In this document: positions 32,034 through 43,078 of the stretch, piece after piece
Position numbering within the stretch: the stretch's first letter is position 1
Layout of the letters: each line of letters begins with the position of its first letter
NCBI GenBank assembly: GCA_963674785.1
Contig: OY771555.1
Location: forward strand, 480,001-544,000
Direction: 5' to 3'
Origin: Caldisericia bacterium
GTDB taxonomy: Bacteria > Caldisericota > Caldisericia > JAAYUI01
Length of the DNA stretch: 64,000 nt
Translations under genes and position numbers: made by a program
The notes under the pieces: model-generated
Told to the model about the DNA's origin: nothing
Database searches by the model: none
The model's input: the letters and a program-made list of their open reading frames with translations, nothing else

Positions 32034-32600
32034 TCATTCCCAGCCTTTCCCTTTTTCTAGCATAGAAATAGCCTCGGCAAGCCTCTTAAGTTTTGTCTCT
32101 TGTTTTTTTGCAGATTGAATCCAACCCAGATATCTTTTTTTATGGCTCTTTGGAATCCCATTAAAATTCTCCCAAGCAACTTTATTACTTTTAAAAACAC
32201 TCTCAAGCTCAGGTTCAAGCTGGCTTTCAATTTCGGCTATATCATCATAACTTTTCCTGTTTTGAAATTTCAACAACCCAGCCTCGGTCATTTGCCCCTC
32301 TTTTATCATTTTCTCAGCAAGACGAATGTTTAAGTCCGACCAGCGGCTATCGGGTCTTCTTGGTGAAAACCTGTGGGTATAGCGAGAATCATCAATCCGC
32401 TTTTTGATGCCGTCAATCCAGCCAAAACAAATCGCCTGCTCAACAGACTCTCGATATGAAACAGAGGGTATTCCTGTGTGTTTTTTGAAATAAACCAACC
32501 ACACCTCGGACTGCTTGTCATGGTTTTCAATTAACCATTCCCTCCACTTGCCCACATCGGTAGCACTGTAGCTCGGTTTCAAATCCATCTTCACCCACAC
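32034..32600 (-). CDS. YdeI/OmpD-associated family protein
   Basis: WREWLIENH, AICFGWIDG, FSPRR..SRWS, WIQSAKKQETK. Confidence 0.88.
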   Translation of the reverse strand: MWVKMDLKPSYSATDVGKWREWLIENHDKQSEVWLVYFKKHTGIPSVSYRESVEQAICFGWIDGIKKRIDDSRYTHRFSPRRPDSRWSDLNIRLAEKMIKEGQMTEAGLLKFQNRKSYDDIAEIESQLEPELESVFKSNKVAWENFNGIPKSHKKRYLGWIQSAKKQETKLKRLAEAISMLEKGKGWE

Positions 32601-32712
32601 CTTTCAAAACAAGTGTAGTGATTTTTTCAAAAATTCTCAAACCAACCGGAAGATTTTACACAGGTTTACTGTAGACAAACCAATTTGTTTGGTTATAATC
32701 AACTCCCTGGAT

Positions 32713-32788
32713 GCCGGGATAGCTCAGTTGGTAGAGCGATAAATTCGTAATTTATAGGTCAGGAGTTCGATTCTCCTTCTCGGCTCCA
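32713..32788 (+). tRNA. tRNA-Thr(CGT)
   Basis: Acceptor stem GCCGGGA/TCTCGGC; AGCTCAGTTGGTAGAGC; loop TTCGTAA; GTTCGATTC; CCA. TAGACA-16-TATAAT upstream. Confidence 0.95.
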
Positions 32789-32986
32789 GTTTAATATTTC
32801 CCAGAAAATAATACCTCTTCCTTCATATAAATTCATAATTTATAAGTCATCTACAGTGTAGCTTTGCGATTCTCCCTCTCGGCTCCAAGTCATTCATCCT
32901 CCCTTCATTCTTTATCTGATCGAGAATCTAAATTCGAATTTATAGGTCATCTACAATATAGTTTGCGATTCTCCTTCTCGGCTCAA
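32789..32986 (+). repeat. Two degenerate tandem copies of the tRNA-Thr 3' half (~99-bp period)
   Basis: TAAATTC..AATTTATA(A/G)GTCA...CGATTCTCC(C/T)TCTCGGCTC(C)A ending near 32887 and 32986. Confidence 0.85.
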
Positions 32987-33014
32987 AATAGCATTAACAA
33001 TGCCTTTTCTTCTA

Positions 33015-33245
33015 CGTCATTCCCGTCCCGCATCAAGTGCGGGATGACGGATCGGGAATCCAGGGTTACTCTTGATACATGAATTCTTTATTCAGTAATT
33101 CTTGATGTTGGTCAAATCATTTCAGCAGACAAAAACGAATACGCTTTTTTGTGCCCTAGACCCCGGGTCTTCGCCCGGGGTGACGAAGAGAAGATGCGGG
33201 GTGACGAAGGATGATGTCATTCCCGCGAAGGCGGGAATCCAGGAG
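33015..33245. repeat. REP cluster left of DUF4917 gene 2 (nested REP, REP doublet, single REP)
   Basis: CGTCATTCCCGTCCCGCATCAAGTGCGGGATGACGGATCGGGAATCCAG...; GTCATTCCCGCGAAGGCGGGAATCCAG. Confidence 0.85.
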
Positions 33246-33287
33246 TTGTCGATTGACCAACAGTTTTATCTCTGTATTATTCAACAT

Positions 33288-34415
33288 ATGGGAATCAGCA
33301 AAAGTATTTATAATTCAATTTCTAATGAGCATCTGTGGAATAGAGTTTTTCCTGAAAGAGATTTATCAAAAGATTATATCCTGCCTGGAACTCCAATTAA
33401 GATAATTCTTTTTGGGAATGGGTTAACATTGAGATTTGATAGAAATTTCCTAAATAAAACGATTGTGTCTTATTCAATGAAGACAGTATTTGAAAAAGAA
33501 TTCTCTGAAAAATTTGGCACTGACATTCAATATATAATCTTAAAAACTCTTGAATCAGGAATAACATCTTTCGAGGAGATCTTCTTCAAACTTGGTACGG
33601 CCTCAAAAGCTCTAAGCCGATTGGGTTTTATACCAAAACAAAATAATTATGATTTGGAAGTTATAATGAAAGCTATAAAGCACATATTAATCATCCATAT
33701 AAACGGCATAATGAGGAATCCAAAGATTCTAAACTTTAGCCAGATAAGGAATTGGTATCTTAGGTTCAACGGAATTTTTACCCTCAATTATGATATATAT
33801 ACGAACTTAGCGTTAGAAGATGATTTCCGGTCAAAGCTATGCTACAATTTTTTTGAAGAACCAAAAAGAAACAAAGGTAATCCAAGATTTCAAAAAGAAA
33901 ATAATAAGAACAGACTCTTTTCGGTAAAAAATAAAAATTGTAGTTTTTTTAACTTACATGGATCATTGTTACATTCTCTCAAAGATAAGCACACTTACTA
34001 CAAACGGACTGATCAATACCTAGAAAAGGATATGCTTATCGACTCAACTGCTGAAACTTGCGTTATAGGTGGAGATGGAGACTCAAAAAGAGAATATATC
34101 TCAAAAAATGACTATTTAGCTTTTTGTTTTGATCAATTTTCGACAGTTCTCCAGAATGACTACAAAAAAGACATATTAATCTTTGGTGCAGGCTTAACAA
34201 GTTATGATTCGCATATTGTTGATGAGCTTAAAAAAGCAAACAATGCAAAAATCTATTTTCAACATATGGAGGCTGACGAACTTGAAATAAGTGATGAGAA
34301 GAGAAACCTATATCACTACATAAATGACAGGGGTAATTCAGAAGCATTTTTTGTGTATATTCCGAGGGATAGAGGATTGCCATTTGAATCAAGTACAAAT
34401 AGTAACGAAACATAA
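33288..34415 (+). CDS. DUF4917 / SIR2-like protein, paralog 2
   Basis: ILFGNG, IFTLNYD, NLHGSL, SKNDYLAFC, IFGAGL..DSHI; shares LWNxVFP with gene 23727. True start is likely ATG 33288 because the upstream extension is translated REP. Confidence 0.78.
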   Translation: MGISKSIYNSISNEHLWNRVFPERDLSKDYILPGTPIKIILFGNGLTLRFDRNFLNKTIVSYSMKTVFEKEFSEKFGTDIQYIILKTLESGITSFEEIFFKLGTASKALSRLGFIPKQNNYDLEVIMKAIKHILIIHINGIMRNPKILNFSQIRNWYLRFNGIFTLNYDIYTNLALEDDFRSKLCYNFFEEPKRNKGNPRFQKENNKNRLFSVKNKNCSFFNLHGSLLHSLKDKHTYYKRTDQYLEKDMLIDSTAETCVIGGDGDSKREYISKNDYLAFCFDQFSTVLQNDYKKDILIFGAGLTSYDSHIVDELKKANNAKIYFQHMEADELEISDEKRNLYHYINDRGNSEAFFVYIPRDRGLPFESSTNSNET

Positions 34416-34419
34416 ATTC

Positions 34420-34556
34420 CTGGATTCCCAGTCCGTCATCCCGCACTTGATGAGGGACGGGAATGACAAGAAAAAGCTCAGGATAACAGGGGGCATGTAG
34501 GTATCGTAGAGATTCCAAATCAAAAACCCGGATCCCCGATCGGAGTCGGGGATGAC
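34420..34556. repeat. REP cluster right of DUF4917 gene 2
   Basis: Inverted copy of the nested REP at 33016-33063, plus GGATCCCCGATCGGAGTCGGGGATGAC. Confidence 0.85.
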
Positions 34557-34595
34557 ATTCTTCCGAATTTCTTCTTTGAAGAAATGGGAATAATC

Positions 34596-35120
34596 TCACT
34601 TTAAGCAGTATTTCTCCCAGTGCACCTTACTCTCATCATACCTGTGTCTTGGCTCTTTTTGTTCCGCTTTGTAACCAACATAGACGATGCCAAGGGGTGT
34701 GACATGCGCAGGGATTTCAAGGATTTCTGTGACTTTGGTGACTCGCTCAGATATTGGATACACACCAAGCCAGACTGTGCCAAGGTTTATGCTAACTGCA
34801 GCCACCATGACGTTTTGAATCGCAGCGCTGCAGTCCTGTGGCCACATCTCGCCTTTCACACGTTCCGCAGCAACAGTTTTGTTCGCACAAACTATGATTG
34901 CCGCAGGGGCATTGTAATTTCCGTATGTCAGACCCTCACGAATTTTGTCCATCTGGGCTTTTTCTGTGACAACAATAAACTCATATGGACGTGAGTCTTT
35001 TGCGGATGGTGCTGCAAACCCAGCCTTGAGTAACCACTCGATTTTTTCTTTTTCAACCGGCTTTTCTTCATATTTTCTGATGCTCCTGCGAGCAAATATT
35101 GTGTTTATAGTTTCATTCAT
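34596..35120 (-). CDS. Nitroreductase family protein
   Basis: RRSIRKY, AAPSA..RPYEF, DCSAAIQN, LGTVWLG. Confidence 0.92.
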   Translation of the reverse strand: MNETINTIFARRSIRKYEEKPVEKEKIEWLLKAGFAAPSAKDSRPYEFIVVTEKAQMDKIREGLTYGNYNAPAAIIVCANKTVAAERVKGEMWPQDCSAAIQNVMVAAVSINLGTVWLGVYPISERVTKVTEILEIPAHVTPLGIVYVGYKAEQKEPRHRYDESKVHWEKYCLK

Positions 35121-35295
35121 TTTTCATGTCCTCCTGATTTCCTCTTTATACACCTATACTTTTTAAAGGTCAATACATCCTATATTCCAGTTTTGCCCTT
35201 GAACAGGGTTACTATCGGTTCGCTGATTCATGTTTTGAAATCATTCAGCATCTATGTATAATAACTCCAGAGTAGAAAATCTGTGGAGGAAAAAC

Positions 35296-36768
35296 ATGAA
35301 AAAACCTGATCAGCTTGTTTATCTTATAGTTACTTTCCTTATTTGTCTTGTGATTTTTGCGGGATGCACGCAAAAAAAAGAGATATGTGAATCAAACTTT
35401 GATTCAGAGAATTGGACAGTTTATAACCCAGATGACTATACCGAAAATGACCCATCGATAATCCCAATAACAAAGAATTCTTCCTATACTCCAATATTAA
35501 GATTGGATAGTAAAGGTTTTCCACATATTGTTTGGTGTGAGGCTTACCCAGGCACAATCAAATATATAAGATGGAATGGTGAGAATTGGGTATGTGCAGA
35601 TGGATCAAAGTATGATTCTAGGCTTTCAAAAACTTTGCCGGCAAATGTTAGCAGATCACAGACCGATGCAATCAGGCCATACTTTGAACTCGATTCTAAT
35701 GATAATCCGCACATATCATGGACTGATTTTCGAATTGGTGGTGATGGATACGTTTATTATACTAAGTGGGATGGTGAGAATTGGGTATGCATTGATAACA
35801 CGATTTATGACTACAATGACAATGAGTTAAGTAACCCTTCAAACTTAAAGATAAAAAACGTTGACTCTTTTAAATTCACACTAGACAAAACGGACAACCC
35901 ACACTTTGTTTTTTCAACAGGGTTTAGGAAAAGCGATATATGTTACGTAAGGTGGGATGTAGAAAAGCTGGTTTGTGCCGATGGAACAAAGTTTTCTCAA
36001 CTTCAAAAGGAATCCTATGAAAGTGCTAATGTTTCCAAAAGAGTATGTTCACTAGAACCATCAATAGTTTTAGATTCAAATGATTACCCACATATTGTGT
36101 GGCAGGATACATCAAGAAATGGTTTTTCCATTGGGGATATTTTTTATATTAGATGGAATGGTGAGAAATGGATATGTGCTGATGGAAGTCCTTACGATGA
36201 GAGTGATAATTGTTTTTCAAATCCAGCAAACATTAGCAAAACTAAAAATTGGTCAGAAAAACCCGCTATAATGCTGGCTGAAAATGATTTCCCAATTATC
36301 CTGTTCAGAACTTATTTTTCGAGTGATGAATCAAATCTTATTTTTTGGGATGGAAATGAGTGGATTTGTTTAGATGGATCACCGTATGTACCTGAGAATT
36401 GTAAAACTTCAGAATCTGGTTTTGTTAGAAATTATTTCCAAAAACTTGACAACTTTGAATTTCTTCCACTGCTTTATAAAAAAGAGAAATATATTCACCT
36501 TGCTAGAATTAATGATGAATTTGAAGAGGATAAAGGAAAAATTTGTTTTAACACAATTGGCGAAATGGAATTTCTCACAAGCTCTACGAAAAAGAAACCT
36601 GATTTTATAACCACTATTGGTATTTGTTGGAATTATGATGAGACAACAATCTCGTATGGATTTGATGAATGTGGATATCCCCACATAGTTTGGCTTGTTG
36701 ATGGGTGCGATAATGAAGGTGTTCACTACATAAGGTGGGATGGAAAGAATTGGGTGACTCCGAAGTAG
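35296..36768 (+). CDS. Lipoprotein with the same PHIxW/RWNGENWVCADG beta-propeller repeats as genes 3-5279
   Basis: GGAGG RBS, ATG 35296, lipobox FAGC. Confidence 0.75.
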   Translation: MKKPDQLVYLIVTFLICLVIFAGCTQKKEICESNFDSENWTVYNPDDYTENDPSIIPITKNSSYTPILRLDSKGFPHIVWCEAYPGTIKYIRWNGENWVCADGSKYDSRLSKTLPANVSRSQTDAIRPYFELDSNDNPHISWTDFRIGGDGYVYYTKWDGENWVCIDNTIYDYNDNELSNPSNLKIKNVDSFKFTLDKTDNPHFVFSTGFRKSDICYVRWDVEKLVCADGTKFSQLQKESYESANVSKRVCSLEPSIVLDSNDYPHIVWQDTSRNGFSIGDIFYIRWNGEKWICADGSPYDESDNCFSNPANISKTKNWSEKPAIMLAENDFPIILFRTYFSSDESNLIFWDGNEWICLDGSPYVPENCKTSESGFVRNYFQKLDNFEFLPLLYKKEKYIHLARINDEFEEDKGKICFNTIGEMEFLTSSTKKKPDFITTIGICWNYDETTISYGFDECGYPHIVWLVDGCDNEGVHYIRWDGKNWVTPK

Positions 36769-36787
36769 ATTTGATACTCAATCCTCA

Positions 36788-37394
36788 TGTCATTCACAGC
36801 ATTAACCAGGAATAACGAATAACAGATCACACTTCAAGTAGCCGAGATGCCCAGTCAAGCTGGGCATGACTTTATTCCCTGGTGACTTCGTCACCATCCC
36901 TCCCTATCGGGGAGGCTTTTAATAACCCGCCATCCTCTCCTCCTCGTCATTCCGTGCTTGACGCGGAATCCAAGGTTATTTTTGAATCACAAAATATCTT
37001 TTGGGGTATCATTGATGGTAGATTGGTAATTTCTCCCGATAAAAAAATAATACGCTTTTTTGTGCCCTGGTTTCCAGCTTCCGCTGGAAAGTCGTAAAGA
37101 AACCACGTCATTCCAGACTTGATCGGGAATCCAGGGTTACTTTTGATACATGAATTCTTTATTCAATAATTCTTGCTGAAAGAGGGATTGTTTCACCAGA
37201 CAAAAGCAAATACGCTCTTCCATGCCCTAGACCCCCGGTCTTCGCCCGGGGTGACGGAGAGAAAATGCGGGGCAACAGAGAGAGGGTACAGGCAACAGGA
37301 AAGCACATGGTTTCGTGCTGGTTGCTGAGTCTGCATAGGTATATGCGAAAGACTTAACCCTCCCTGGTGACTTCGTCACCATCCCTCCCTATCT
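36788..37394. repeat. Large composite REP cluster (doublets 36945-37094 and 37106-37256, two CCCTCCC elements)
   Basis: Direct similarity to 8076-8330 and 52253-52477. Confidence 0.85.
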
Positions 37395-37395
37395 T

Positions 37396-37806
37396 TCAAT
37401 CATCCAAAATCAAAGTAGATGTTAACTCCCCATTTTTCTCCACTACCTCAAGCCCACCATATGTTGCTGATTTGATACAGTGAAAAAGCTCATGCTTTTC
37501 TTGCTTATATATTTCCCCAGAGGTTTTGCAGAAAACATCATCCCCCGAAACTTCAATATCACAGGTTTTGGGAATAAAACCGGTGGTTTCAAAAAGAAAT
37601 ATCAGCTCATTGATAAGTAGGACAAGTTTTCCTTCAGGGTTATCCGAGCCAATCTTAAACTCCCTCTCCACATCACAAGAGAGGGAATCTGGGTCTGTAA
37701 GAAGTGCTGTGTAACCAAAAACGGCTGACCGCAAAAGCTCCTCCTGGGTTGCACCAGAAAGAGCAAGTGCTAAGTCAGCCGTATGGTCGATTATTTTAAA
37801 ACTCAA
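37396..37806 (-). CDS. Archease
   Basis: IIDHTAD, IKSATY, C-terminal ILDD. Confidence 0.88.
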   Translation of the reverse strand: MSFKIIDHTADLALALSGATQEELLRSAVFGYTALLTDPDSLSCDVEREFKIGSDNPEGKLVLLINELIFLFETTGFIPKTCDIEVSGDDVFCKTSGEIYKQEKHELFHCIKSATYGGLEVVEKNGELTSTLILDD

Positions 37807-40274
37807 AGTTTAGGGTCTTCTTCTCCATCCCCGTTGTTTCCATTTCTTTCCGGGGTTTCACGGGTGATTGCGTTTACAACATCACCTTCTTTGAGTTTGA
37901 TGAGTCTGACACCAGTTGCGTATCTGCCGCATTCTCTGATGCTGTCAATTGTGATCTTGATTGTCTGTCCACCCTTTGTGATGATGAAGAGATGATCATC
38001 AGGCTGCACAACACGGCAAGTCTGAACTGGGCCAGACTTAACATTGATCTTCATCGCGCGAACGCCTTTTCCGCCACGTTTGATAAGTCTGAATTCATCA
38101 AATCCTGTGCGTTTTCCATAACCTTTTTCGGAAACACAAAGCAGTGAACCACCCTCTTCATAGACTTCCATTCCAACAACCATGTCATCAACACCAAGTC
38201 TGATACCGATGACTCCGCGTGCTGTTCTCCCCATCGTTCGGACGTCAGCTTCATTGAAGCGGATTCCAAGACCATGTTTTGAGACGATGATGATTTCTGT
38301 TTGAGGGTCAACCGCACGGGTTTTTCTGAGCCAGTCATCACCATCGAGAGTGATTGCAATAATACCGGTTCTTCTGACCTTCTGGAATGATTTGAGTGGA
38401 AGTTTTTTTACGATTCCCATCGATGTGACCATGAATAAGAATCTTTCATCCCATTCTTGAACAGGAAGGATTGTTGTAACAAACTCTGATGGAGCAAGTG
38501 GAAGAAGAGTGGTAATTGGAGTGCCTTTTGCGGCTCGACCAACCTCACCAACATCGTAAACCTTGAATTTGTAAACCTTACCGAGGTTTGTAAATGCAAG
38601 CATATCTTGTTTATTGGTGACACTGAAGATATCTTGAGCCTGGTCTTCACCAGCAGTCTGGATACCGGTTACACCAAGTCCACCTCTGCTTTGTGCTCTC
38701 CACTCTTCAGGTTTGACACGTTTGATGTAGCCGTCTTTTGTTGTTGCAATGATCATTGGGTCATCACGGATGAGGTCTTCTGCTGTTATGTCGCCTTCTT
38801 CAATGTTTCCAACCTGAGTTCTTCTCTCATCGCCAAATTCTTTTTTGAGTTCATTAAACTCTTTTTTGATGAGCTTTTTCATCGCCTCTGGGTTTTCAAG
38901 GATTTCACGAAGACGTTTGATTGTTTTGACAAGCTCTGCAATCTCTTTTTCGATCTTACCAACCTCAAGCTTGGTGAGTCTTCCAAGCCTCATTTCAAGG
39001 ATTGCTTTTGCCTGTTTTTCAGAAAGCTCAAAACGTTTCCTGAGTTGTGCCATCGCCTCAGTGTTGCCTGCGGCATTTCTGATAATCTTGATTGTCTCAT
39101 CAATATTTGTGATGGCGATATGGATTCCCTCTAGGATATGTTTACGCTCTTCTGCTTTTCTGAGCTGGAATTTTGTTCTTTTGGTAACAGTTTCGCGTCT
39201 GAAATCGAGGAAGTTGTTGAGCATTCCGATAAGACCAAGTGTCTTTGGCATGCCGTCAATGATTGAGAGCATGTTTCCGCCAAATGTTGTCTGAAGCTGA
39301 GTGTGTTTGAAGAGTTTCTTTTCAATGAATTTCCAGTCAACACCGGACTTCAGCTCAATTACAATCCTCATTCCTTCACGGTCAGATTCGTCTCTGAGGT
39401 CTGTAATTCCAACTATCTTTTTGTCTCGAACATGATCGGCAATTGATTTGATGAGGTTTGACTTGTTTACCAGATATGGGATCTCTGTGATGATATATGA
39501 GGTTTTTCTTCCTTCTGCCTCAACATGACCAATACCTTGAAGGATTATTGAACCACGTCCAGTTTCAAAAAATGATCTGACACCAGCAGGGGATACAATG
39601 CGACCACCTGTCGGGAAGTCTGGACCTGGGATAATCTTCAAGACATCTTCAATATCGGGGTTTGGATTGTCAAGAAGCATAGTCAGACAATCAACAAGCT
39701 CTGTGAGGTTGTGTGGCGGAATGTTTGTTGCCATTCCAACACCGATACCAGATGAACCATTTAGAAGCAGGTATGGGAGTTTTGCAGGAAGTGTGAGTGG
39801 TTCATCGATTGTATTGTCGAAGTTTTTCTGCCAGTCTACTGTATCCTGTTCTATTTCATCAAGCAGATGGGTTGCAATCTTTGTGAGTCTTACCTCAGTA
39901 TAACGCATTGCCGCAGCACCATCACCGTCTACACTACCAAAGTTTCCCTGACCATCAACAAGTGGGTAGCGGAAGGTGAATGGTTGAGCCATTCTGACAA
40001 GTGAATCGTAGATTGCTGTTTCACCGTGCGGATGGAATTTACCAAGAACATCTCCAACAACCCTTGCTGCTTTTTTATATGGTTTTGAAGGGACATTACC
40101 AAGCTCGTGCATCGCAAAAAGGATACGTCTGTGAACTGGTTTCTGTCCATCATATGCAATTGGGATTGATCTACCGATGTTTACAGACATCGCATAATCA
40201 AGATAGTAATCCTTCAACTGCTCATTTATCTGGACAATCTTCATGTTTTCGCCAAGATTTTTACCGTTACTCAT
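37803..40274 (-). CDS. gyrA: DNA gyrase subunit A
   Basis: [20 protein letters not shown], GyrA-box QSRGGLG, C-terminal pinwheel repeats. Confidence 0.96.
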   Translation of the reverse strand: MSNGKNLGENMKIVQINEQLKDYYLDYAMSVNIGRSIPIAYDGQKPVHRRILFAMHELGNVPSKPYKKAARVVGDVLGKFHPHGETAIYDSLVRMAQPFTFRYPLVDGQGNFGSVDGDGAAAMRYTEVRLTKIATHLLDEIEQDTVDWQKNFDNTIDEPLTLPAKLPYLLLNGSSGIGVGMATNIPPHNLTELVDCLTMLLDNPNPDIEDVLKIIPGPDFPTGGRIVSPAGVRSFFETGRGSIILQGIGHVEAEGRKTSYIITEIPYLVNKSNLIKSIADHVRDKKIVGITDLRDESDREGMRIVIELKSGVDWKFIEKKLFKHTQLQTTFGGNMLSIIDGMPKTLGLIGMLNNFLDFRRETVTKRTKFQLRKAEERKHILEGIHIAITNIDETIKIIRNAAGNTEAMAQLRKRFELSEKQAKAILEMRLGRLTKLEVGKIEKEIAELVKTIKRLREILENPEAMKKLIKKEFNELKKEFGDERRTQVGNIEEGDITAEDLIRDDPMIIATTKDGYIKRVKPEEWRAQSRGGLGVTGIQTAGEDQAQDIFSVTNKQDMLAFTNLGKVYKFKVYDVGEVGRAAKGTPITTLLPLAPSEFVTTILPVQEWDERFLFMVTSMGIVKKLPLKSFQKVRRTGIIAITLDGDDWLRKTRAVDPQTEIIIVSKHGLGIRFNEADVRTMGRTARGVIGIRLGVDDMVVGMEVYEEGGSLLCVSEKGYGKRTGFDEFRLIKRGGKGVRAMKINVKSGPVQTCRVVQPDDHLFIITKGGQTIKITIDSIRECGRYATGVRLIKLKEGDVVNAITRETPERNGNNGDGEEDPKL

Positions 40275-40281
40275 GTTTCAC

Positions 40282-42174
40282 CTATATATCAAGATTTCTG
40301 ACTTCGTGCGCATGTTCTTCGATGAACTTACGTCTCGGCTCAACTTTATCACCCATAAGAAGTGAGAAGAGTCTCTCAGTTTCAGCTACATCTTCCATGT
40401 CTATCCTTATGATTGTTCTTCTCCATGGGTCGATTGTGGTTTCCCAAAGCTGATTTGCACTCATCTCACCAAGTCCTTTATAGCGCTGGACGTGGCTGCT
40501 TTTTCCTATCTCTTCAAGTGCCTGTTTCAAAGCTTTATCTGTGTACACATATTTTGCCTTCTTACCAGAACCAACTTTATAAAGCGGTGGCTGGGCAAGA
40601 TATATATGTCCATTTTCAATGAGTGGTCTGAAATAGTTATAGAAGAGTGTCAAAAGAAGTGTTGCGATATGAGCACCATCAACATCAGCATCAGCCATAA
40701 TAATAACTTTGTGATAGCGGAGCTTATCGATGTTGAAATCATCACCAATTCCACAACCAAGTGATGTGATAATTGACCTGATTTCTGCATTTGAGAGAAT
40801 CTTGTTGAGGTTTGCTTTTTCAACATTGAGGACTTTACCACGGAGTGGAAGGATTGCCTGGAATTTTCTGTCTCTTCCCTGTTTTGCGTTACCTCCAGCA
40901 GAGTTACCCTCTACAATGAAAAGCTCACAGCGGGATGCATCTTTTTCAGAGCAATCAGCAAGTTTTCCAGGAAGTACTGATGACTCGAGAAGTGTTTTTC
41001 TTCGTACAAGTTCACGAGCTTTTTTGGCTGCCTCTCTTGCTTTTTTGGCCATCAAGCATTTTTCAAGAATAATCTTGAGGGTCGCGGGGTCTCGGTCAAA
41101 ATAGAAAGCAAGTTTTTCTGCAACAAACCTGTCAACTGCAGACTTCGCAGTCATGTTTCCGAGTCTACCTTTTGTTTGACCTTCAAACTGAGGATCTGCA
41201 ATACGGATCGAAAGGATTGCAACAAGCCCGTCTCTGGTATCTTCACCTGCGAGTTTCATGTTAGGATCTTTGATGATTCCGTGCATCTGACCACGATCAT
41301 TTAAAACTCTTGTGAGTGCTGAGTGGAATCCAGTGACATGTGTTCCGCCATCGGTTGTTTGGATTGAGTTGACGAATGAGAAGAGGTCTTCACCATAACC
41401 ATCAGTGTAGTGCATTGCGAAATCTACAAAGATGTCATCCATCTCGTCGCTAAAACTGATGACCTCTTTATGGAGAGCGTTTTTACCCTCTGAGAGGAAC
41501 TCTACGAATTCACCAAGTCCGCCTTCAAACTTGAAATCTTCTTTGTTCCCAGAGATTTCGTCAGCTATTGTTATTCGAAGTCCGGAGTTAAGATATGCAA
41601 GCTCACGTAGTCTGTTTTTGAGAGTCTCATACTTAAACTCAACTGATTCAAAAATCTCTAAATCTGGTTTGAATGTTACAATTGTTCCGGTCGAGTTTGT
41701 CTCACCGGATGTTTCAAGTTCGGTCTCCTGGATACCTCTTCTGAATCGCTGACGATGGATATGTCCATCACGTTTGATTGTTACTGTCAACCACTCTGAA
41801 AGAGCGTTTACACAGGAAACACCGACACCATGAAGACCACCGGATACCTTATAGGTATTCTTATCAAATTTACCACCGGCATTCAGTTTTGTAAGTGCTA
41901 CCGTAACACCAGGGATTCCAAGTTGTGGATGAATATCGATTGGGAAACCTCGACCATCATCTGCAATCGAGATTGAACCATCAAGATGAAGGGTGACATC
42001 AATTCTCTTGCAATGACCTGCCATCGCCTCATCGATTGAGTTATCAACAACTTCATACACCAAATGATGGAGACCGCGTATATCGGTTGTTCCGATATAC
42101 ATCGCTGGTCTGAGCCGAACATGCTCAATTCCATCAAGTACTTTTATGTCTTGTGCTGTATATTCTTTGGACAT
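40282..42174 (-). CDS. gyrB: DNA gyrase subunit B
   Basis: EVVDNSIDE, SGGLHGVG, VEGNSAGG, PLRGK, DADVDG, RYKGLGEM. Confidence 0.97.
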   Translation of the reverse strand: MSKEYTAQDIKVLDGIEHVRLRPAMYIGTTDIRGLHHLVYEVVDNSIDEAMAGHCKRIDVTLHLDGSISIADDGRGFPIDIHPQLGIPGVTVALTKLNAGGKFDKNTYKVSGGLHGVGVSCVNALSEWLTVTIKRDGHIHRQRFRRGIQETELETSGETNSTGTIVTFKPDLEIFESVEFKYETLKNRLRELAYLNSGLRITIADEISGNKEDFKFEGGLGEFVEFLSEGKNALHKEVISFSDEMDDIFVDFAMHYTDGYGEDLFSFVNSIQTTDGGTHVTGFHSALTRVLNDRGQMHGIIKDPNMKLAGEDTRDGLVAILSIRIADPQFEGQTKGRLGNMTAKSAVDRFVAEKLAFYFDRDPATLKIILEKCLMAKKAREAAKKARELVRRKTLLESSVLPGKLADCSEKDASRCELFIVEGNSAGGNAKQGRDRKFQAILPLRGKVLNVEKANLNKILSNAEIRSIITSLGCGIGDDFNIDKLRYHKVIIMADADVDGAHIATLLLTLFYNYFRPLIENGHIYLAQPPLYKVGSGKKAKYVYTDKALKQALEEIGKSSHVQRYKGLGEMSANQLWETTIDPWRRTIIRIDMEDVAETERLFSLLMGDKVEPRRKFIEEHAHEVRNLDI

Positions 42175-42293
42175 TTCTACTCCTTGAGATTAACCGAATA
42201 ATTTTAACATCTCTCAACACATAATACAATAAACATGTGGTGGTGTTCACGGAAAAATTTTTCTCCCCATATAAGAGCTAATTCTTTAAAAAA

Positions 42294-43076
42294 TTAATGA
42301 TTCTCTTCAAATTTTTTAAAATATGAATCAATTTCAGGTCTGAGGGTTTTCCCTGCAACCTCAAAGCATTCAAGGACATCGTCGTATGCCCCGATACCAC
42401 CAAGAAAATCCCAAAACTCCTCAGCAACTTTCAATTCATTTTCAATATCTAGCATTCCCTTCATTGTCCATCTTTCATACGGTTTTGGATGATATGGATT
42501 GTAAGGGATCCCGATATATGTAAAAATATTCCCCGAATCTTGATTCTGCCCTTTATAAATAGCAATCCACTCAAGAAGAGTTCTTTTAAAATCTTTGAAA
42601 TTGCTCAGATTTGGTTTGGCAGTTTTAATGTCAAACATATGGACATTCCCGTCAAAATCATCGAGAAAAATATCAGCCTTTACGGCTTTTATTTTATCAG
42701 TTGAACCCATATCAATTGATTTTAAAATTTGTGAGGTCTCTTTTGGTTTATCTGTGTTCGTACCAGAGCTAAGCTGATTGATAATATGCTGAATTTCTGA
42801 CTGAGCTTTGTTGGAGATTTCAGAACCCAGTGAGAATTGCTTTTCAACTCTTTTGAACCTACCCTTGGCTATTATCTCTGCTATTGGCTCAAACAATGAT
42901 GTACCAAAAGTTGTGTTCAATGAGTGGATAAACGAAAACAGATACATCCTGTCTTTGCCAAGTAATCGATAATGAAAAGGCATATGTTTCGACTCAGGGT
43001 TATATTTAATAAGCTTCTGCCTAATCGATGCAATTATAGTTTTCTCAATTTCATCCTTTTGTTCTTTTTTAAGCAC
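42294..43076 (-). CDS. Type II restriction endonuclease, TdeIII/MjaII-like family
   Basis: MPFHYRLLG...SLNTTFGTS.FEP, D...DIKTAKPN, PYNPY, EFWDFLGG. Confidence 0.8.
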   Translation of the reverse strand: MLKKEQKDEIEKTIIASIRQKLIKYNPESKHMPFHYRLLGKDRMYLFSFIHSLNTTFGTSLFEPIAEIIAKGRFKRVEKQFSLGSEISNKAQSEIQHIINQLSSGTNTDKPKETSQILKSIDMGSTDKIKAVKADIFLDDFDGNVHMFDIKTAKPNLSNFKDFKRTLLEWIAIYKGQNQDSGNIFTYIGIPYNPYHPKPYERWTMKGMLDIENELKVAEEFWDFLGGIGAYDDVLECFEVAGKTLRPEIDSYFKKFEENH

Positions 43077-43078
43077 CC

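Noticed and set aside
33102-33287. N-terminal extension of the DUF4917 ORF
   Set aside because: It is translated REP sequence (VIPAKAGIQ); the promoter and paralog alignment point to ATG 33288.
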